Of a stretch of DNA of 64,000 bases, positions 20,837-30,907 are shown one piece after another; the stretch's first letter is position 1; each line of letters opens with the position of its first letter. This stretch comes from Burkholderiales bacterium (GTDB taxonomy: Bacteria > Pseudomonadota > Gammaproteobacteria > Burkholderiales > JAEUOS01). The stretch covers positions 50,923 to 114,922 of the forward strand of contig DASYEQ010000008.1 of NCBI GenBank assembly GCA_036498945.1, given 5' to 3'. The notes beneath the pieces were generated by a model. It searched no databases, was not told the DNA's origin, and was given only the letters and a program-made list of their open reading frames with translations. A program made the translations under genes and the position numbers.

Positions 20837-22921
20837 TTACTTTACTTTCATTCCGGGTTGGGCGCCAGCATGCGGCTCCAGCAGGAACAGGCCGGGGTGC
20901 TTGCCGGCGAGGTCGCTGGCGGCCAGGATCATGCCTTCGGACAAGCCGAACTTCATCTTGCGCGGCGCGAGATTCGCGACCATCACCGTGTGCTTGCCGA
21001 CCAGGGTGGCCGGATCGTAGGCCGATTTGATCCCGGCGAACACGGTGCGCGGCTTTTCCTCGCCGATGTCCAGCGTGATCTTGATCAGCTTTTCCGCGCC
21101 TTCGACATGCTCGGCGTTGACGATCCTGGCGATGCGCAGGTCCACCTTCATGAAATCGTCGATGCTGATCAGGCCAGAACCGGCGGCATCGGCCGGCTTG
21201 GCATCTTCCTTCGCGGCTGGTTTGGCTTGCGCGGCAGGCTTGGCCGCTGCCTTGGCCGGAGCGGGCGCAGCCGGCTCTTCCGGCGGCAGCAGGGTATCGA
21301 GTTGCTTGGGATCGACGCGGGTCATGAGGTGCGAGTAGGGGTTGACCACGTGCCCGGCGGGCAGCGGCTTCCAGTTGTCCGCCCAGGTGAGCGGGGCGAT
21401 GCCCAGCAGCTTTTCCGCCTGCGCGGCCAGGTACGGCAGGATCGGCTTGAGATACAGGGTGAGTTCGCGGAACAGGGAAAGCGCGGTCGAGCACACCACC
21501 TGCAACCGCGCTTCCTGGCCGGCCTGCTTGGCCAGTTCCCAGGGCTTGTTGGCGTCGATGTACTGGTTCGCCAGGTCGGCCAGTTCCATGATCTTGCGCG
21601 CGGCGCGGCCGTACTCGCGGCTCTCGTAGTAGCCCGCCACCTCTTCGCCGGCGCCGGCATAGGCGGCCGCGATCTCGGGGCTGAACTGCGGGGCCACCAG
21701 CTTGCCGTCGAACTTCTTGCTGATGAAGCCGGCGCAGCGCGAGGCGATGTTGACGTACTTGCCGACCAGATCGCTGTTGACGCGCGCGATGAAGTCGTCC
21801 GGAATGAAATCCACGTCCTCGACGTTGGCGTTGAGCTTGGCGGCGATGTAATAGCGCAGCCATTCGGCGTTCATGCCGATGGCGAGATACTTCAGCGGGC
21901 TGATGCCGGTGCCGCGCGACTTGCTCATCTTCTCGCTTTTCACCGTCATGAAGCCGTGCACGTAGACGTGGTCCGGCACCTTGTAGTCGGCGAACTTGAG
22001 CATCGCCGGCCAGAACAGCGTGTGGAAGTAGATGATGTCCTTGCCGATGAAGTGGATCTGCTCGGTGTTCTTGTCGGCCAGGAGCGCCGCGAAGTCGATG
22101 CCCTTCCTGGCGCAATAGTTCTTCAGCGAGGCGAGGTAGCCCACCGGCGCATCCAGCCAGACGTAGAAGTACTTGCCCGGCGCGTCGGGGATCGGAATGC
22201 CGAAGTAGGGCTCGTCGCGCGAGATGTCCCAGTCTCCCAGGCCGCCTTCGCCGTCCAGCCATTCGCGCGCCTTGTTGGCCACCTGCGATTGCAGGCGGTC
22301 GTGGCCGGTCCATTCCTTGAGGAAGTCGACGCACTGCGGATCGGAGAGCTTGAAGAAGTAATGTTCCGAATTCCTCATCACCGGCACGGCGCCGGTCAGC
22401 GTCGATTTCGGGTTGATCAGGTCGGTCGGCGCATTGACCGTGCTGCACACCTCGCAGGCATCGCCGTATTGGTTCTGCGCATGGCATACCGGGCACTCGC
22501 CCTGGATGTAGCGGTCCGGCAGGAACATGCCCTTGACCGGATCGTAGAACTGGTCGATGGTCTTGGTGGCGATCAGGCCCTTGGCCTTCAGCTTGCGGTA
22601 GATGTCCTGCGACAACTCGGTGTTCTCGGGCGAGTCGGTCGAATGCCAGTTGTCGAAGCTGATGTGAAAGCCGTCGAGGTATTGCTTGCGCCCGCTGGCG
22701 ATGTCGGCGACGAACTCCTGCGGCGTCTTGCCGGCCTTTTCCGCCGCGATCATGATCGGCGCGCCGTGCGCGTCATCCGCCCCGACGAAATGCACCGTGT
22801 TGCCGCGCATGCGCTGGAAGCGCACCCAGATGTCGGCCTGGATGTACTCCATGATGTGGCCGATGTGAAACGGGCCGTTGGCGTAGGGCAGGGCGGTGGT
22901 GACAAACAGGGTGCGTGGCAT
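20837..22921 (-). CDS. metG: Methionine--tRNA ligase
   Basis: HIGH motif (ANGPFHIGH), KMSKS motif, Zn knuckle [17 protein letters not shown], and a C-terminal tRNA-binding (EMAP-like) domain. Confidence 0.97.
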   Translation of the reverse strand: MPRTLFVTTALPYANGPFHIGHIMEYIQADIWVRFQRMRGNTVHFVGADDAHGAPIMIAAEKAGKTPQEFVADIASGRKQYLDGFHISFDNWHSTDSPENTELSQDIYRKLKAKGLIATKTIDQFYDPVKGMFLPDRYIQGECPVCHAQNQYGDACEVCSTVNAPTDLINPKSTLTGAVPVMRNSEHYFFKLSDPQCVDFLKEWTGHDRLQSQVANKAREWLDGEGGLGDWDISRDEPYFGIPIPDAPGKYFYVWLDAPVGYLASLKNYCARKGIDFAALLADKNTEQIHFIGKDIIYFHTLFWPAMLKFADYKVPDHVYVHGFMTVKSEKMSKSRGTGISPLKYLAIGMNAEWLRYYIAAKLNANVEDVDFIPDDFIARVNSDLVGKYVNIASRCAGFISKKFDGKLVAPQFSPEIAAAYAGAGEEVAGYYESREYGRAARKIMELADLANQYIDANKPWELAKQAGQEARLQVVCSTALSLFRELTLYLKPILPYLAAQAEKLLGIAPLTWADNWKPLPAGHVVNPYSHLMTRVDPKQLDTLLPPEEPAAPAPAKAAAKPAAQAKPAAKEDAKPADAAGSGLISIDDFMKVDLRIARIVNAEHVEGAEKLIKITLDIGEEKPRTVFAGIKSAYDPATLVGKHTVMVANLAPRKMKFGLSEGMILAASDLAGKHPGLFLLEPHAGAQPGMKVK

Positions 22922-23073
22922 GAGGCGGGGCGGTGTTCCGGAAACTTGCGGAAAACCCCGATTTTATCAGGGCGAGGGGCAAAAGCCCCCCGTTTAGGCT
23001 AGACTTCCATATTCGCCGCCGTCCGCTTCTCCCCTCGGGCGGTGTGGCTTTTGACAGCAAACCCGGCAGGCCC

Positions 23074-24165
23074 ATGAGCATCACCTCCGCACAAGTGCAG
23101 GACGCCCTGAAAGGCGTCATCGATCCCAACACCGGGAAAGACTTCGTCGCCTCGCGCGCGGCGAAAAACATCAAGGCCGACGGCGGCAATATCAGCCTGG
23201 ACATCGAACTCGGCTACCCGGCGAAATCGCAGATCGAGCCGCTGCGCGCGGCGGTGATCGCGGCGCTCAAGGCCATCCCCGGCGCCGGCAACGTCAGCGC
23301 CAACGTCTATTCGAAAATCGTCTCCCACGCGGTGCAGCGCGGCGTCAAGCCGCTGCCCAACGTGAAAAACATCATCGCGGTGGCCTCCGGCAAGGGCGGG
23401 GTGGGCAAAAGCACCACCGCCGCCAACCTGGCGCTGGCGCTGGCCGCCGAGGGCGCCGCCGTCGGTGTGCTCGATGCCGACATCTACGGTCCCTCGCAGC
23501 CGCAGATGCTGGGCATCACCGGCCGCCCCGAGTCGCCCGACGGCAAGACCATGGACCCGATGATCGGCCACGGCATACAGGCCAATTCGATCGGCTTCAT
23601 GATCGACGCCGAAACCCCGATGGTCTGGCGCGGCCCGATGGTGACCCAGGCGCTCGACCAGTTGCTGAACCAGACCAACTGGCGCGAGCTAGACTACCTG
23701 ATCGTCGACATGCCTCCCGGCACCGGCGACATCCAGCTGACCCTCGCGCAAAAAGTGCCCGTCACCGGCGCGGTGATCGTCACCACCCCGCAGGACATCG
23801 CGCTGCTGGACGCGCGCAAGGGCCTGAAGATGTTCGAGAAGGTCGGCATCCCGATTCTCGGCATCGTCGAAAACATGAGCATGCACATCTGCTCCAATTG
23901 CGGGCACATGGAGCACATCTTCGGCTCCGGCGGCGGCGAGAAGATGGCGAAGGATTACGGCGTCGCCCTGCTGGGTTCGCTGCCGCTGGACATCGGCATC
24001 CGCGAGCAGACCGATTCCGGCAAGCCCACCGTGGCGGCCGACCCCGACGGCGTGGTCGCCGGCATCTACAAGACCATCGCGCGCAAGGTCGCGGTGGCCA
24101 TCGCCGAAAGCATGAAGGACATGACGGGCAAGTTCCCCAACATCGTGGTGTCGAAAAATACCTGA
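23074..24165 (+). CDS. apbC: Fe-S cluster carrier ATPase ApbC/Mrp
   Basis: ATG at 23074 (MSITSAQVQDALKGVIDPNTG). It has a deviant Walker A SGKGGVGKST and the CxxC pair ICSNCGH. Confidence 0.92.
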   Translation: MSITSAQVQDALKGVIDPNTGKDFVASRAAKNIKADGGNISLDIELGYPAKSQIEPLRAAVIAALKAIPGAGNVSANVYSKIVSHAVQRGVKPLPNVKNIIAVASGKGGVGKSTTAANLALALAAEGAAVGVLDADIYGPSQPQMLGITGRPESPDGKTMDPMIGHGIQANSIGFMIDAETPMVWRGPMVTQALDQLLNQTNWRELDYLIVDMPPGTGDIQLTLAQKVPVTGAVIVTTPQDIALLDARKGLKMFEKVGIPILGIVENMSMHICSNCGHMEHIFGSGGGEKMAKDYGVALLGSLPLDIGIREQTDSGKPTVAADPDGVVAGIYKTIARKVAVAIAESMKDMTGKFPNIVVSKNT

Positions 24166-24169
24166 AGCC

Positions 24170-24901
24170 ATGCGCAAACCCGTTCTTCTCCTGTTCGCCG
24201 CTGCCTTGCTTTGCGGCACTGCCGCGCCCGCTTTCGCTGATCTCGCCGCCGGCAAGCGTGCTTATGCAAAGAAGGACTACAAGCGCGCCTTCCCTGAATT
24301 GAGCGCCGAGGCCAAGCGCGGCAGGCCCGAGGCGATGTACCTGCTCGGCAAGATGTACGCCGAAGGCCAGGGCACGGCGCAGGACGACGCCCAGGCCTTC
24401 AACTGGTTCCAGAAGGCGGCGGACGCCAACAACGCCCCCGCGCAAGGCATGCTTGGCATGTTCTACGCCCAGGGCCGCGGCGCCACGCGCGACAATGCCA
24501 AATCGGTGGAATGGGCGCGCCGCGCCGCCGACAACGGCGACGCCCTGTCGCAATACATGATGGGCATGCGCAGCCTCGACGGCCTGGGCATGCCGCGCGA
24601 CCCGGATGGCGCCTTCACCTGGTTTGGCAGCGCCGCCGAGCAGAACTACGCCCTGGCGCAATATTCCCTCGGCGTGCTGATGGGTTTCGGCCCGAAGGCG
24701 CAAGGTGACACAGCCGGGGCGCACGAGCTGCGCACCGAAGCGGCGAAGTGGCTGATGCTGGCGGTGCGCCAGAAGTCGCCCGACGTGCCGGCCGGCCCGG
24801 CCAAGCTCGACGAGCTGAAAAAGCGCATGGCGCCCAAGGAAATCGGCGAAGCCGAGTTGCGGGTGCGCCGCTGGCGCCCCACGCTGGCGAAAAAATCCTG
24901 A
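24170..24901 (+). CDS. Sel1-repeat (TPR-like) secreted protein
   Basis: Signal peptide MRKPVLLLFAAALLCGTAAPAFA, then about 5 Sel1 repeats (A..LG.MY..G.G...D...A..W..KAA). Confidence 0.85.
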   Translation: MRKPVLLLFAAALLCGTAAPAFADLAAGKRAYAKKDYKRAFPELSAEAKRGRPEAMYLLGKMYAEGQGTAQDDAQAFNWFQKAADANNAPAQGMLGMFYAQGRGATRDNAKSVEWARRAADNGDALSQYMMGMRSLDGLGMPRDPDGAFTWFGSAAEQNYALAQYSLGVLMGFGPKAQGDTAGAHELRTEAAKWLMLAVRQKSPDVPAGPAKLDELKKRMAPKEIGEAELRVRRWRPTLAKKS

Positions 24902-24949
24902 GCCGCAAGGCCGGTCAATCAACACGAATCACGGGGCAGGGCAGGAACG

Positions 24950-25516
24950 ATGAGCATCAAATCCGACAAGTGGATCCGCCGCATGGCGGCCGAGCACGCG
25001 ATGATCGAGCCCTTCGAGCCGGGCCAGGTGAGGAGCGTGGACGGCAAGCGTATCGTCTCCTATGGCACCTCCAGCTACGGCTACGACATCCGCTGCTCGG
25101 ATGAATTTAAAATCTTCACCAACATCAATTCCACCATCGTCGACCCGAAGAATTTCGACGAGAAATCGTTCGTCGATTTCAAGGGTGACGTCTGCATCAT
25201 CCCGCCGAATTCCTTCGCGCTGGCGCGCACCGTGGAATATTTTCGCATCCCGCGCAACGTGCTCACCGTCTGTCTCGGCAAGAGCACCTATGCGCGCTGC
25301 GGCATCATCGTCAACGTCACGCCCTTCGAGCCTGAATGGGAAGGCTTCGTCACCCTGGAATTCTCCAACACCACGCCGCTGCCGGCGAAAATCTACGCCG
25401 GCGAAGGCTGCGCGCAGGTGCTGTTCTTCGAATCCGACGAAGTCTGCGAGACTTCCTACAAGGACCGTGGCGGCAAGTACCAGGGGCAACATGGAGTGAC
25501 GCTCCCGAAGATGTAA
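24950..25516 (+). CDS. dcd: dCTP deaminase
   Basis: 188 aa, [13 protein letters not shown]..., highly conserved Dcd sequence throughout. Confidence 0.95.
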   Translation: MSIKSDKWIRRMAAEHAMIEPFEPGQVRSVDGKRIVSYGTSSYGYDIRCSDEFKIFTNINSTIVDPKNFDEKSFVDFKGDVCIIPPNSFALARTVEYFRIPRNVLTVCLGKSTYARCGIIVNVTPFEPEWEGFVTLEFSNTTPLPAKIYAGEGCAQVLFFESDEVCETSYKDRGGKYQGQHGVTLPKM

Positions 25517-25571
25517 GGCGGCGCGAAGCGCCGGTATTTTGGGTGGTGGCTTTTTCGTGGTTTTTTCCATC

Positions 25572-25644
25572 GCAAAAATCGACCGGCGTTGCCGGCGATT
25601 TTTCGCAATATTTGCCCAGGCAACAGTAGGTTTGTACTTTTGCC
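25572..25644. repeat. Double-hairpin intergenic element, copy B (hairpin 1 doubles as the dcd intrinsic terminator)
   Basis: Hairpin 1 is aaaaatcg-a-ccggc-gtt-gccgg-cgattttt followed by a T-run. Hairpin 2 is ggcaacag-TAGGTTTGTA-cttttgcc (25619-25644). The element aligns with 11365-11435. Confidence 0.7.
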
Positions 25645-25654
25645 TGCTTCATCT

Positions 25655-26464
25655 ATGACCGATTTCACCTTCTTCTGCGAACGCGGCCCGCTGCCGTTGC
25701 TCGTCTCGATGCCGCACGTGGGCACCGAAATCCCGGCCGAGCTGGCCGCGCGAATGACGCCGGTCGCGCTCAAGCGCCCCGACACCGACTGGCACCTGCC
25801 GCGCCTGTACAACTTCCTGCAGGCCATGGGCGCCAACATGCTGGTGGCGATCAATTCGCGCTACGTCATCGACCTGAATCGCGACCCGGCGGGAAAAAGC
25901 CTCTACCCCGGCGCCAACAACACGGAGCTGGTGCCGCTCACCACTTTCGAAAACGAGCCGATCTATCAAGACGGCCAGGTGCCCGACGCGGCCGAGGTCG
26001 ATGCGCGCGTCGAGCGCTACTGGAAGCCGTATCACGTCAAGCTGGCCGAAGAACTCGCCGCCATCAAGGCGAAGCACGGCTACGCGCTGCTGTTCGACGC
26101 CCATTCGATCAAGTCCGTGCTGCCGCGCTTTTTCGAAGGCCGGCTGTGGGATATCAATCTCGGCACCGGCGGCGGCGTCAGTGCCGCGCCCGCCATCGGC
26201 GCCGCGCTGCTGGCCGCGGCCGAATCGGTACCCGGCTATAGCAGCATGCTCAATGGCCGCTTCAAGGGCGGCTACATTACTCGCGCCTACGGCGACCCCG
26301 CCAATCATGTGCACGCCGCCCAGCTCGAGCTTTCCTGGCGCGCCTACATGGACGAGCGCGGCTCCTTTGCCTTCGAGGAGCCGGTGGCCGCCGGGGTGCG
26401 CCCGCTGCTGCGCAATATCATCGACACCTTCATCGCCGAGGGTGCGCGCGCCGAGCGCGTGTAG
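25655..26464 (+). CDS. N-formylglutamate amidohydrolase family protein
   Basis: ATG at 25655 (MTDFTFFCERGPLPLLVSMPHVGTEIP...). It carries the family hallmarks SxPHxG, DLNRD and FDAHS. Confidence 0.82.
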   Translation: MTDFTFFCERGPLPLLVSMPHVGTEIPAELAARMTPVALKRPDTDWHLPRLYNFLQAMGANMLVAINSRYVIDLNRDPAGKSLYPGANNTELVPLTTFENEPIYQDGQVPDAAEVDARVERYWKPYHVKLAEELAAIKAKHGYALLFDAHSIKSVLPRFFEGRLWDINLGTGGGVSAAPAIGAALLAAAESVPGYSSMLNGRFKGGYITRAYGDPANHVHAAQLELSWRAYMDERGSFAFEEPVAAGVRPLLRNIIDTFIAEGARAERV

Positions 26465-26642
26465 GCAACTGGGCGTCGCCACGCCGCACCGCATCACTAA
26501 AAATCCGTTCCGCCGCACGGGCGCTTCGGTTACCATGTTCGCGCCGGTTTGATCCGTCGCGGGGTCCGCCAGCGCTTAAGGCCAGCGTGCCGCGCCACCG
26601 GGGGGAAAGGCGCCGTGCGCTCCCGCAATCGAGGAGAGCAAC

Positions 26643-27602
26643 ATGAAACGATACGCCGCGGCACTGGCCGCCTTGCTGCTGCCGTGCGCCGCGCTGCCGC
26701 CCGCGCCCGCGATGGCGCAGGGGTCGGTGAAAATCGCCATCGGCATGAGCGGCTGGACCGGCTTCGCGCCACTCGCCCTGGCCGAGAAGGCCGGCATCTT
26801 CGCGAAGAACGGTCTCTACGTCGACCTGAAAATGATCCCGCAGGCAAGCCGCCACCTGGCGATCGCCTCTGGCGCCATCCAGTGCGCCGCCACCACGGTG
26901 GAGACCCACGTCGCCTGGAACGCCAACGGCGTGCAGATCACGCAAATTTTGCTGCTCGACAAGTCGAACGGCGGCGACGGCCTGGCCGTGCGCAAGAACG
27001 TCACCAGCGTCAAGGACCTGCGTGGCAAGTCCGTCGGCGTGGACTCTCCCGGCACCTCGCCGTTCTTTGTGCTGGCCTACATCCTGAAAAAAAACGGCAT
27101 GAGCATGAAGGACATCAAGCGTGTGAGCCTGAGTCCCCAGGCCGCCGCCAACGCCTTCATCGCCGGGCAGAATGACGCCGCGCAGACCTACGAACCCTAT
27201 CTCTCGGCGATCCGCGAAAAGCCCGAAGCCGGCAAGATACTGCTCACCACCAAGGACTACCCGGTGGTGATCGACACCCTCGGCTGCACTCGCGTCTTCC
27301 TGCGCGCCAATCCCAAGGCCGCCGAAGCGCTGACGCGTTCCTGGTTCGAGGCGCTGGAGATGATCCGGCGCGAGCCCGCCAAGTCCAACGAAATCATGGG
27401 CGCGGCGGTGCGGCAGACCGGCGAGCAGTTCGCCAGGTCCGCCACCTTCATCGCCTGGCAGGACCGCGCCGCCAACAAGAAATTCTTCGCCGGCGAGATC
27501 GGCAAGTTCTCGCGCGAGGCTGCCGAAGTGCTGCTGGAAAACAACGTGATCCGCAGCATCCCCGATATCGACACCCTGCACGAAACCACGTTTCTGCGCT
27601 AG
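26643..27602 (+). CDS. ABC transporter substrate-binding protein (NitT/TauT, NMT1-like)
   Basis: Signal peptide MKRYAAALAALLLPCAALPPAPAMA. The body resembles aliphatic sulfonate/nitrate-type SBPs. It is the first gene of a 3-gene ABC operon. Confidence 0.82.
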   Translation: MKRYAAALAALLLPCAALPPAPAMAQGSVKIAIGMSGWTGFAPLALAEKAGIFAKNGLYVDLKMIPQASRHLAIASGAIQCAATTVETHVAWNANGVQITQILLLDKSNGGDGLAVRKNVTSVKDLRGKSVGVDSPGTSPFFVLAYILKKNGMSMKDIKRVSLSPQAAANAFIAGQNDAAQTYEPYLSAIREKPEAGKILLTTKDYPVVIDTLGCTRVFLRANPKAAEALTRSWFEALEMIRREPAKSNEIMGAAVRQTGEQFARSATFIAWQDRAANKKFFAGEIGKFSREAAEVLLENNVIRSIPDIDTLHETTFLR

Positions 27603-27618
27603 GCGGCATGCGCGGCTG

Positions 27619-28392
27619 ATGACCCCGCTCAAACCCATCCCGCGCCGCCGGCGCATCGCTCTCGGCGCGGCGTTTTTCCTCCTGTTCTTCGCCCTCTGGG
27701 CTACGCTCACCTTGAGCGGCCTGGTGGCGCCCAACTTTCTCGCGAGCCCCGTGCAGACGCTTGCGGCCGGCTGGCACCTGCTCACCGAATTCGGCTTCGC
27801 CGGCGACATCGGCATGACAGTGTGGCGCGTGTTCGGCGGCTTCATCATTGCCGCTGCCCTTGCCGTGCCCCTGGGCCTGGCGATGGGGGCCTACAAGCCG
27901 GTGGAAGCGTTTTTCGAGCCTTTCATTTCCTTCGCCCGCTACCTGCCGGCCTCCGCTTTCATTCCGTTGCTGATCCTGTGGCTGGGCGTGGGCGAATCGC
28001 AAAAGCTGGCGGTGATCTTCCTGGGCTCCTTTTTCCAGATCGTCCTGATGGTCGCCGTCACCGTCGGCGCCACGCGCCGCGACCTGGTGGAAGCGGCCTA
28101 CACCCTGGGCGCCACCGATCGCGGCGTGGTCGCGCGTGTGCTGGTGCCCCACGCCGCGCCCGACATCGCGGAGCACTTGCGCCTGACCCTCGGCTGGGCC
28201 TGGACCTACGTGATCGTCGCCGAACTCATCGGCTCTTCCGAAGGCATCGGCCACATGATCACCGACAGCCAGGCGCTGCTCGCCACCGACCAGATGATCT
28301 TCGGCATCGTCGTCATCGGCCTGATTGGCCTCATCTCCGACTTCGCCTTCCAGGCCGCCAACCGCCGCCTGTTCCGCTGGAAGTTCGCCTGA
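27619..28392 (+). CDS. ABC transporter permease (NitT/TauT family)
   Basis: 257 aa, 6 TM, binding-protein-dependent EAA-loop region (…RDLVEAAYTLGATDRGVVARVLVPHAAPD). Confidence 0.88.
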   Translation: MTPLKPIPRRRRIALGAAFFLLFFALWATLTLSGLVAPNFLASPVQTLAAGWHLLTEFGFAGDIGMTVWRVFGGFIIAAALAVPLGLAMGAYKPVEAFFEPFISFARYLPASAFIPLLILWLGVGESQKLAVIFLGSFFQIVLMVAVTVGATRRDLVEAAYTLGATDRGVVARVLVPHAAPDIAEHLRLTLGWAWTYVIVAELIGSSEGIGHMITDSQALLATDQMIFGIVVIGLIGLISDFAFQAANRRLFRWKFA

Positions 28393-29177
28393 TGGTTCTC
28401 GACATCGAAGCGGTGGAACGCACCTTCCCCGGCGTGCGCGGCGCCGCGCCCCTGCGCGCGTTCGAACCGCTGACGCTGCAAGTGCATGAGCACGATTTCA
28501 TTTCGATTCTCGGCCCCTCCGGCTGCGGCAAGTCCACCTTGCTGCGCATCGTCGCCGGCCTGGAAACCCCCAGCGCCGGCCGGGTGCGGATGGATGGCGA
28601 GACCGTCAGCGGCCCCGGCCGCGAGCGCGGCATGGTGTTCCAGTCGTACACACTGTTTCCCTGGCTCACGGCGCGCGAGAACATCGCCTTCGGCCTGCGC
28701 GAGCAGGGCATGGCGCTGGCGGAACGAAAGGCAATCTGTGACTTCTATCTGGAGCGCGTCGGCCTCGCCGCCTTTGCCGACCATCTGCCGCGCCAGCTCT
28801 CCGGCGGCATGCAGCAGCGCACTGCGCTGGCGCGCGCGCTCGCCAACAACCCCAAGGTGCTATTGCTCGACGAGCCTTTCGGCGCGCTGGACCACCAGAC
28901 GCGCGAATTGATGCAGGAGCTCCTGCTCGGCATCTGGGAGCAGGACCGCAAGACCGTGCTGTTCGTCACCCACGACATCGACGAAGCCATTTTCATGAGC
29001 AACCGCATCGCCGTGATGAGCGCGCGCCCGGGGCGCATCAAGTGCGAGATGGCGGTGGACTTTCCCCACCCGCGCGATTACAAGCTCAAGACCACGCCGG
29101 CCTTCGCCACCCTGAAGGCGCAGATCACCGAGGAAATCCGCGGCGAAGTCATCCGCGCCGCGCAAATGGGCGCCTGA
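28392..29177 (+). CDS. ABC transporter ATP-binding protein (NitT/TauT family)
   Basis: ATG at 28392 forms an ATGA overlap with the permease stop. Walker A GPSGCGKST, signature LSGGMQQR, Walker B LLLDEPFGALD. Confidence 0.9.
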   Translation: MVLDIEAVERTFPGVRGAAPLRAFEPLTLQVHEHDFISILGPSGCGKSTLLRIVAGLETPSAGRVRMDGETVSGPGRERGMVFQSYTLFPWLTARENIAFGLREQGMALAERKAICDFYLERVGLAAFADHLPRQLSGGMQQRTALARALANNPKVLLLDEPFGALDHQTRELMQELLLGIWEQDRKTVLFVTHDIDEAIFMSNRIAVMSARPGRIKCEMAVDFPHPRDYKLKTTPAFATLKAQITEEIRGEVIRAAQMGA

Positions 29178-29279
29178 GCGGTAATCGCCGCATTGCGCCC
29201 GGCCTGCGCCCGCGCCGCGCCATATTTCCGCCAGCCCTGGCGCTTCCAATCATGGCTTCCAGTCCACGGGAGTCAACAA

Positions 29280-30671
29280 ATGCAAAAACCGTCCCTCGGG
29301 CGGCGTTTCGCCCTGCCGCTGAAAGTCATCGGCATCATCTTCCTCGCCCTCTTGATGGGGATTCCTCTGGCGATGGTGCGCGACCTGATCGCCGAACGCG
29401 CCGCGAACAAGGACGGCGTGGTCGCCGACATCGCCCGCACCGCCGCCGACACCCAGCGCATTACGCTCCCGGTGATCGTTGTGCCCTACACCCGCAGATG
29501 GGTGGCCACCACCGAGACCGTCGACGACAAGCTGAACAAGAAGACCGTCAGCACCGAAAAGACCGAAAGCGGCACCGTGCAGTTCCTGCCCGAGCAGGTG
29601 GGCGTCACCGCCGCGCCGGTGATGAAGACCAAGAAGCGCGGCCTGTACCAGGTGCAAACCTACGTTGCCGCCCTCAAGGTATCAGGCCGCTTCTCGCTGC
29701 CGAAAGACTATGGTTACGCGCCCGCCGAGGGCACGGTTACCTGGGGCGCGCCGGTGCTGGCCTTCGGCGTTTCCGACCCGCGCGGCATCAACAACAACCC
29801 GGTCCTCGCCTGGGGCGGCGGCACGGTGCGCTTCGCCCCCGGCAGCGGCGGCGACCTCACGCGCATCGGCAGCGGTATTTCGGCTACCTTGCCGCAGGTC
29901 AAGCCCGACGCCGCGCAGGACGCCGAATTTTCCTTCACCGTCGATCTCACCGGCATGGAGCGCCTGAGCTTCATTCCCACCGGGCGCGAGACCCGCGTCA
30001 CGCTCGATGCCGACTGGGGGCATCCCAGCTTTTTCGGCAAGTTCTCGCCCGACAGCCAGATCGGCAGCAACCACTTCTCCGCCAACTGGCAGACCTCCTT
30101 CTTCTCCACCAACGCCAAGCAGGCGTACGCCACCTGCGCCGGCAGCGCCAAGTGCGAAGACTTCACCGCCAACGAGTTCGGTGTCTCCTTCATCCAGCCG
30201 GTGAACCTCTACCTGCAACTCGAGCGCGCCGCCAAATACGGCTTCCTGTTCGTCGGCCTCACCTTTGCCGCGTTCTTCCTGTTCGAGGTGCTGCGCTCGT
30301 TGGCCGTCCATCCGCTGCAATACGGCCTGGTCGGCCTGGCGCTGGCGATGTTCTTCCTGCTCCTGGTTTCGCTCTCCGAGCACATCGGCTTCGTACAGGC
30401 CTACGCCGTCGCCTCGCTCGCCTGCGTCGGCCTGATCGTCGCGTATCTAAGCGCCGTGCTCGGCAACTGGTGGCGCGCACTTGGGATTGGCGCGCTGCTG
30501 GCCGGTCTCTACGGCGTGCTGTACATGCTGTTGATCAGCGAAGACAACGCGTTGCTGATGGGTTCGCTGTTCCTGTTCGGCCTGCTGGCGGCGGCGATGC
30601 TGGCTACCCGGCGTGTTGACTGGTATGGCATCGGCCGGCGCAACGCCGAGCCGGAACCCGAGCCGGCCTGA
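29280..30671 (+). CDS. creD: Inner membrane protein CreD
   Basis: ATG at 29280 (MQKPSLGRRFALPLKVIGIIFL...). It has one N-terminal TM, a large periplasmic region and a C-terminal TM bundle, which is the CreD family layout. No creABC genes are adjacent. Confidence 0.8.
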   Translation: MQKPSLGRRFALPLKVIGIIFLALLMGIPLAMVRDLIAERAANKDGVVADIARTAADTQRITLPVIVVPYTRRWVATTETVDDKLNKKTVSTEKTESGTVQFLPEQVGVTAAPVMKTKKRGLYQVQTYVAALKVSGRFSLPKDYGYAPAEGTVTWGAPVLAFGVSDPRGINNNPVLAWGGGTVRFAPGSGGDLTRIGSGISATLPQVKPDAAQDAEFSFTVDLTGMERLSFIPTGRETRVTLDADWGHPSFFGKFSPDSQIGSNHFSANWQTSFFSTNAKQAYATCAGSAKCEDFTANEFGVSFIQPVNLYLQLERAAKYGFLFVGLTFAAFFLFEVLRSLAVHPLQYGLVGLALAMFFLLLVSLSEHIGFVQAYAVASLACVGLIVAYLSAVLGNWWRALGIGALLAGLYGVLYMLLISEDNALLMGSLFLFGLLAAAMLATRRVDWYGIGRRNAEPEPEPA

Positions 30672-30907
30672 GGCCGCGCGGCCGTGAAGCCGGCGCCGCG
30701 GGACGGCGCCGGCTTGATGGAGCGGCCGGTTTTGGATCAAGCCGCGCCCACGGCAATCCGCCGAATTGAAGGAGAAGAGGGCGCCTGTTCCCGCGTCTTC
30801 CGGCGATTGTTAGCGCCTATCCTGCATGTTGGCCGCGTGGCTTCGCCGCGCCGGCCGGGACCTCATTCATCCAATCAGGGCAACCCCAAGCCCGGCAGGA
30901 GACTGGC

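Noticed and set aside
25611-25650. A sigma54 (-24/-12) promoter reading of the ggcaacagtaggtttgtacttttgcc segment.
   Set aside because: There is no GG-N10-GC arrangement on either strand. A hairpin with a conserved loop explains the sequence better.
26465-26642. Possible guanidine-I (ykkC) or other known riboswitch upstream of the NitT/TauT ABC operon.
   Set aside because: Only loose resemblances are present (GGUCCG..., ACCGGGGGGAAAG). The conserved ykkC segments (CUAGGGUUCCG, ACGGCGGGA...CCCGGGAG) are absent. I kept only the observation of a stem-loop.
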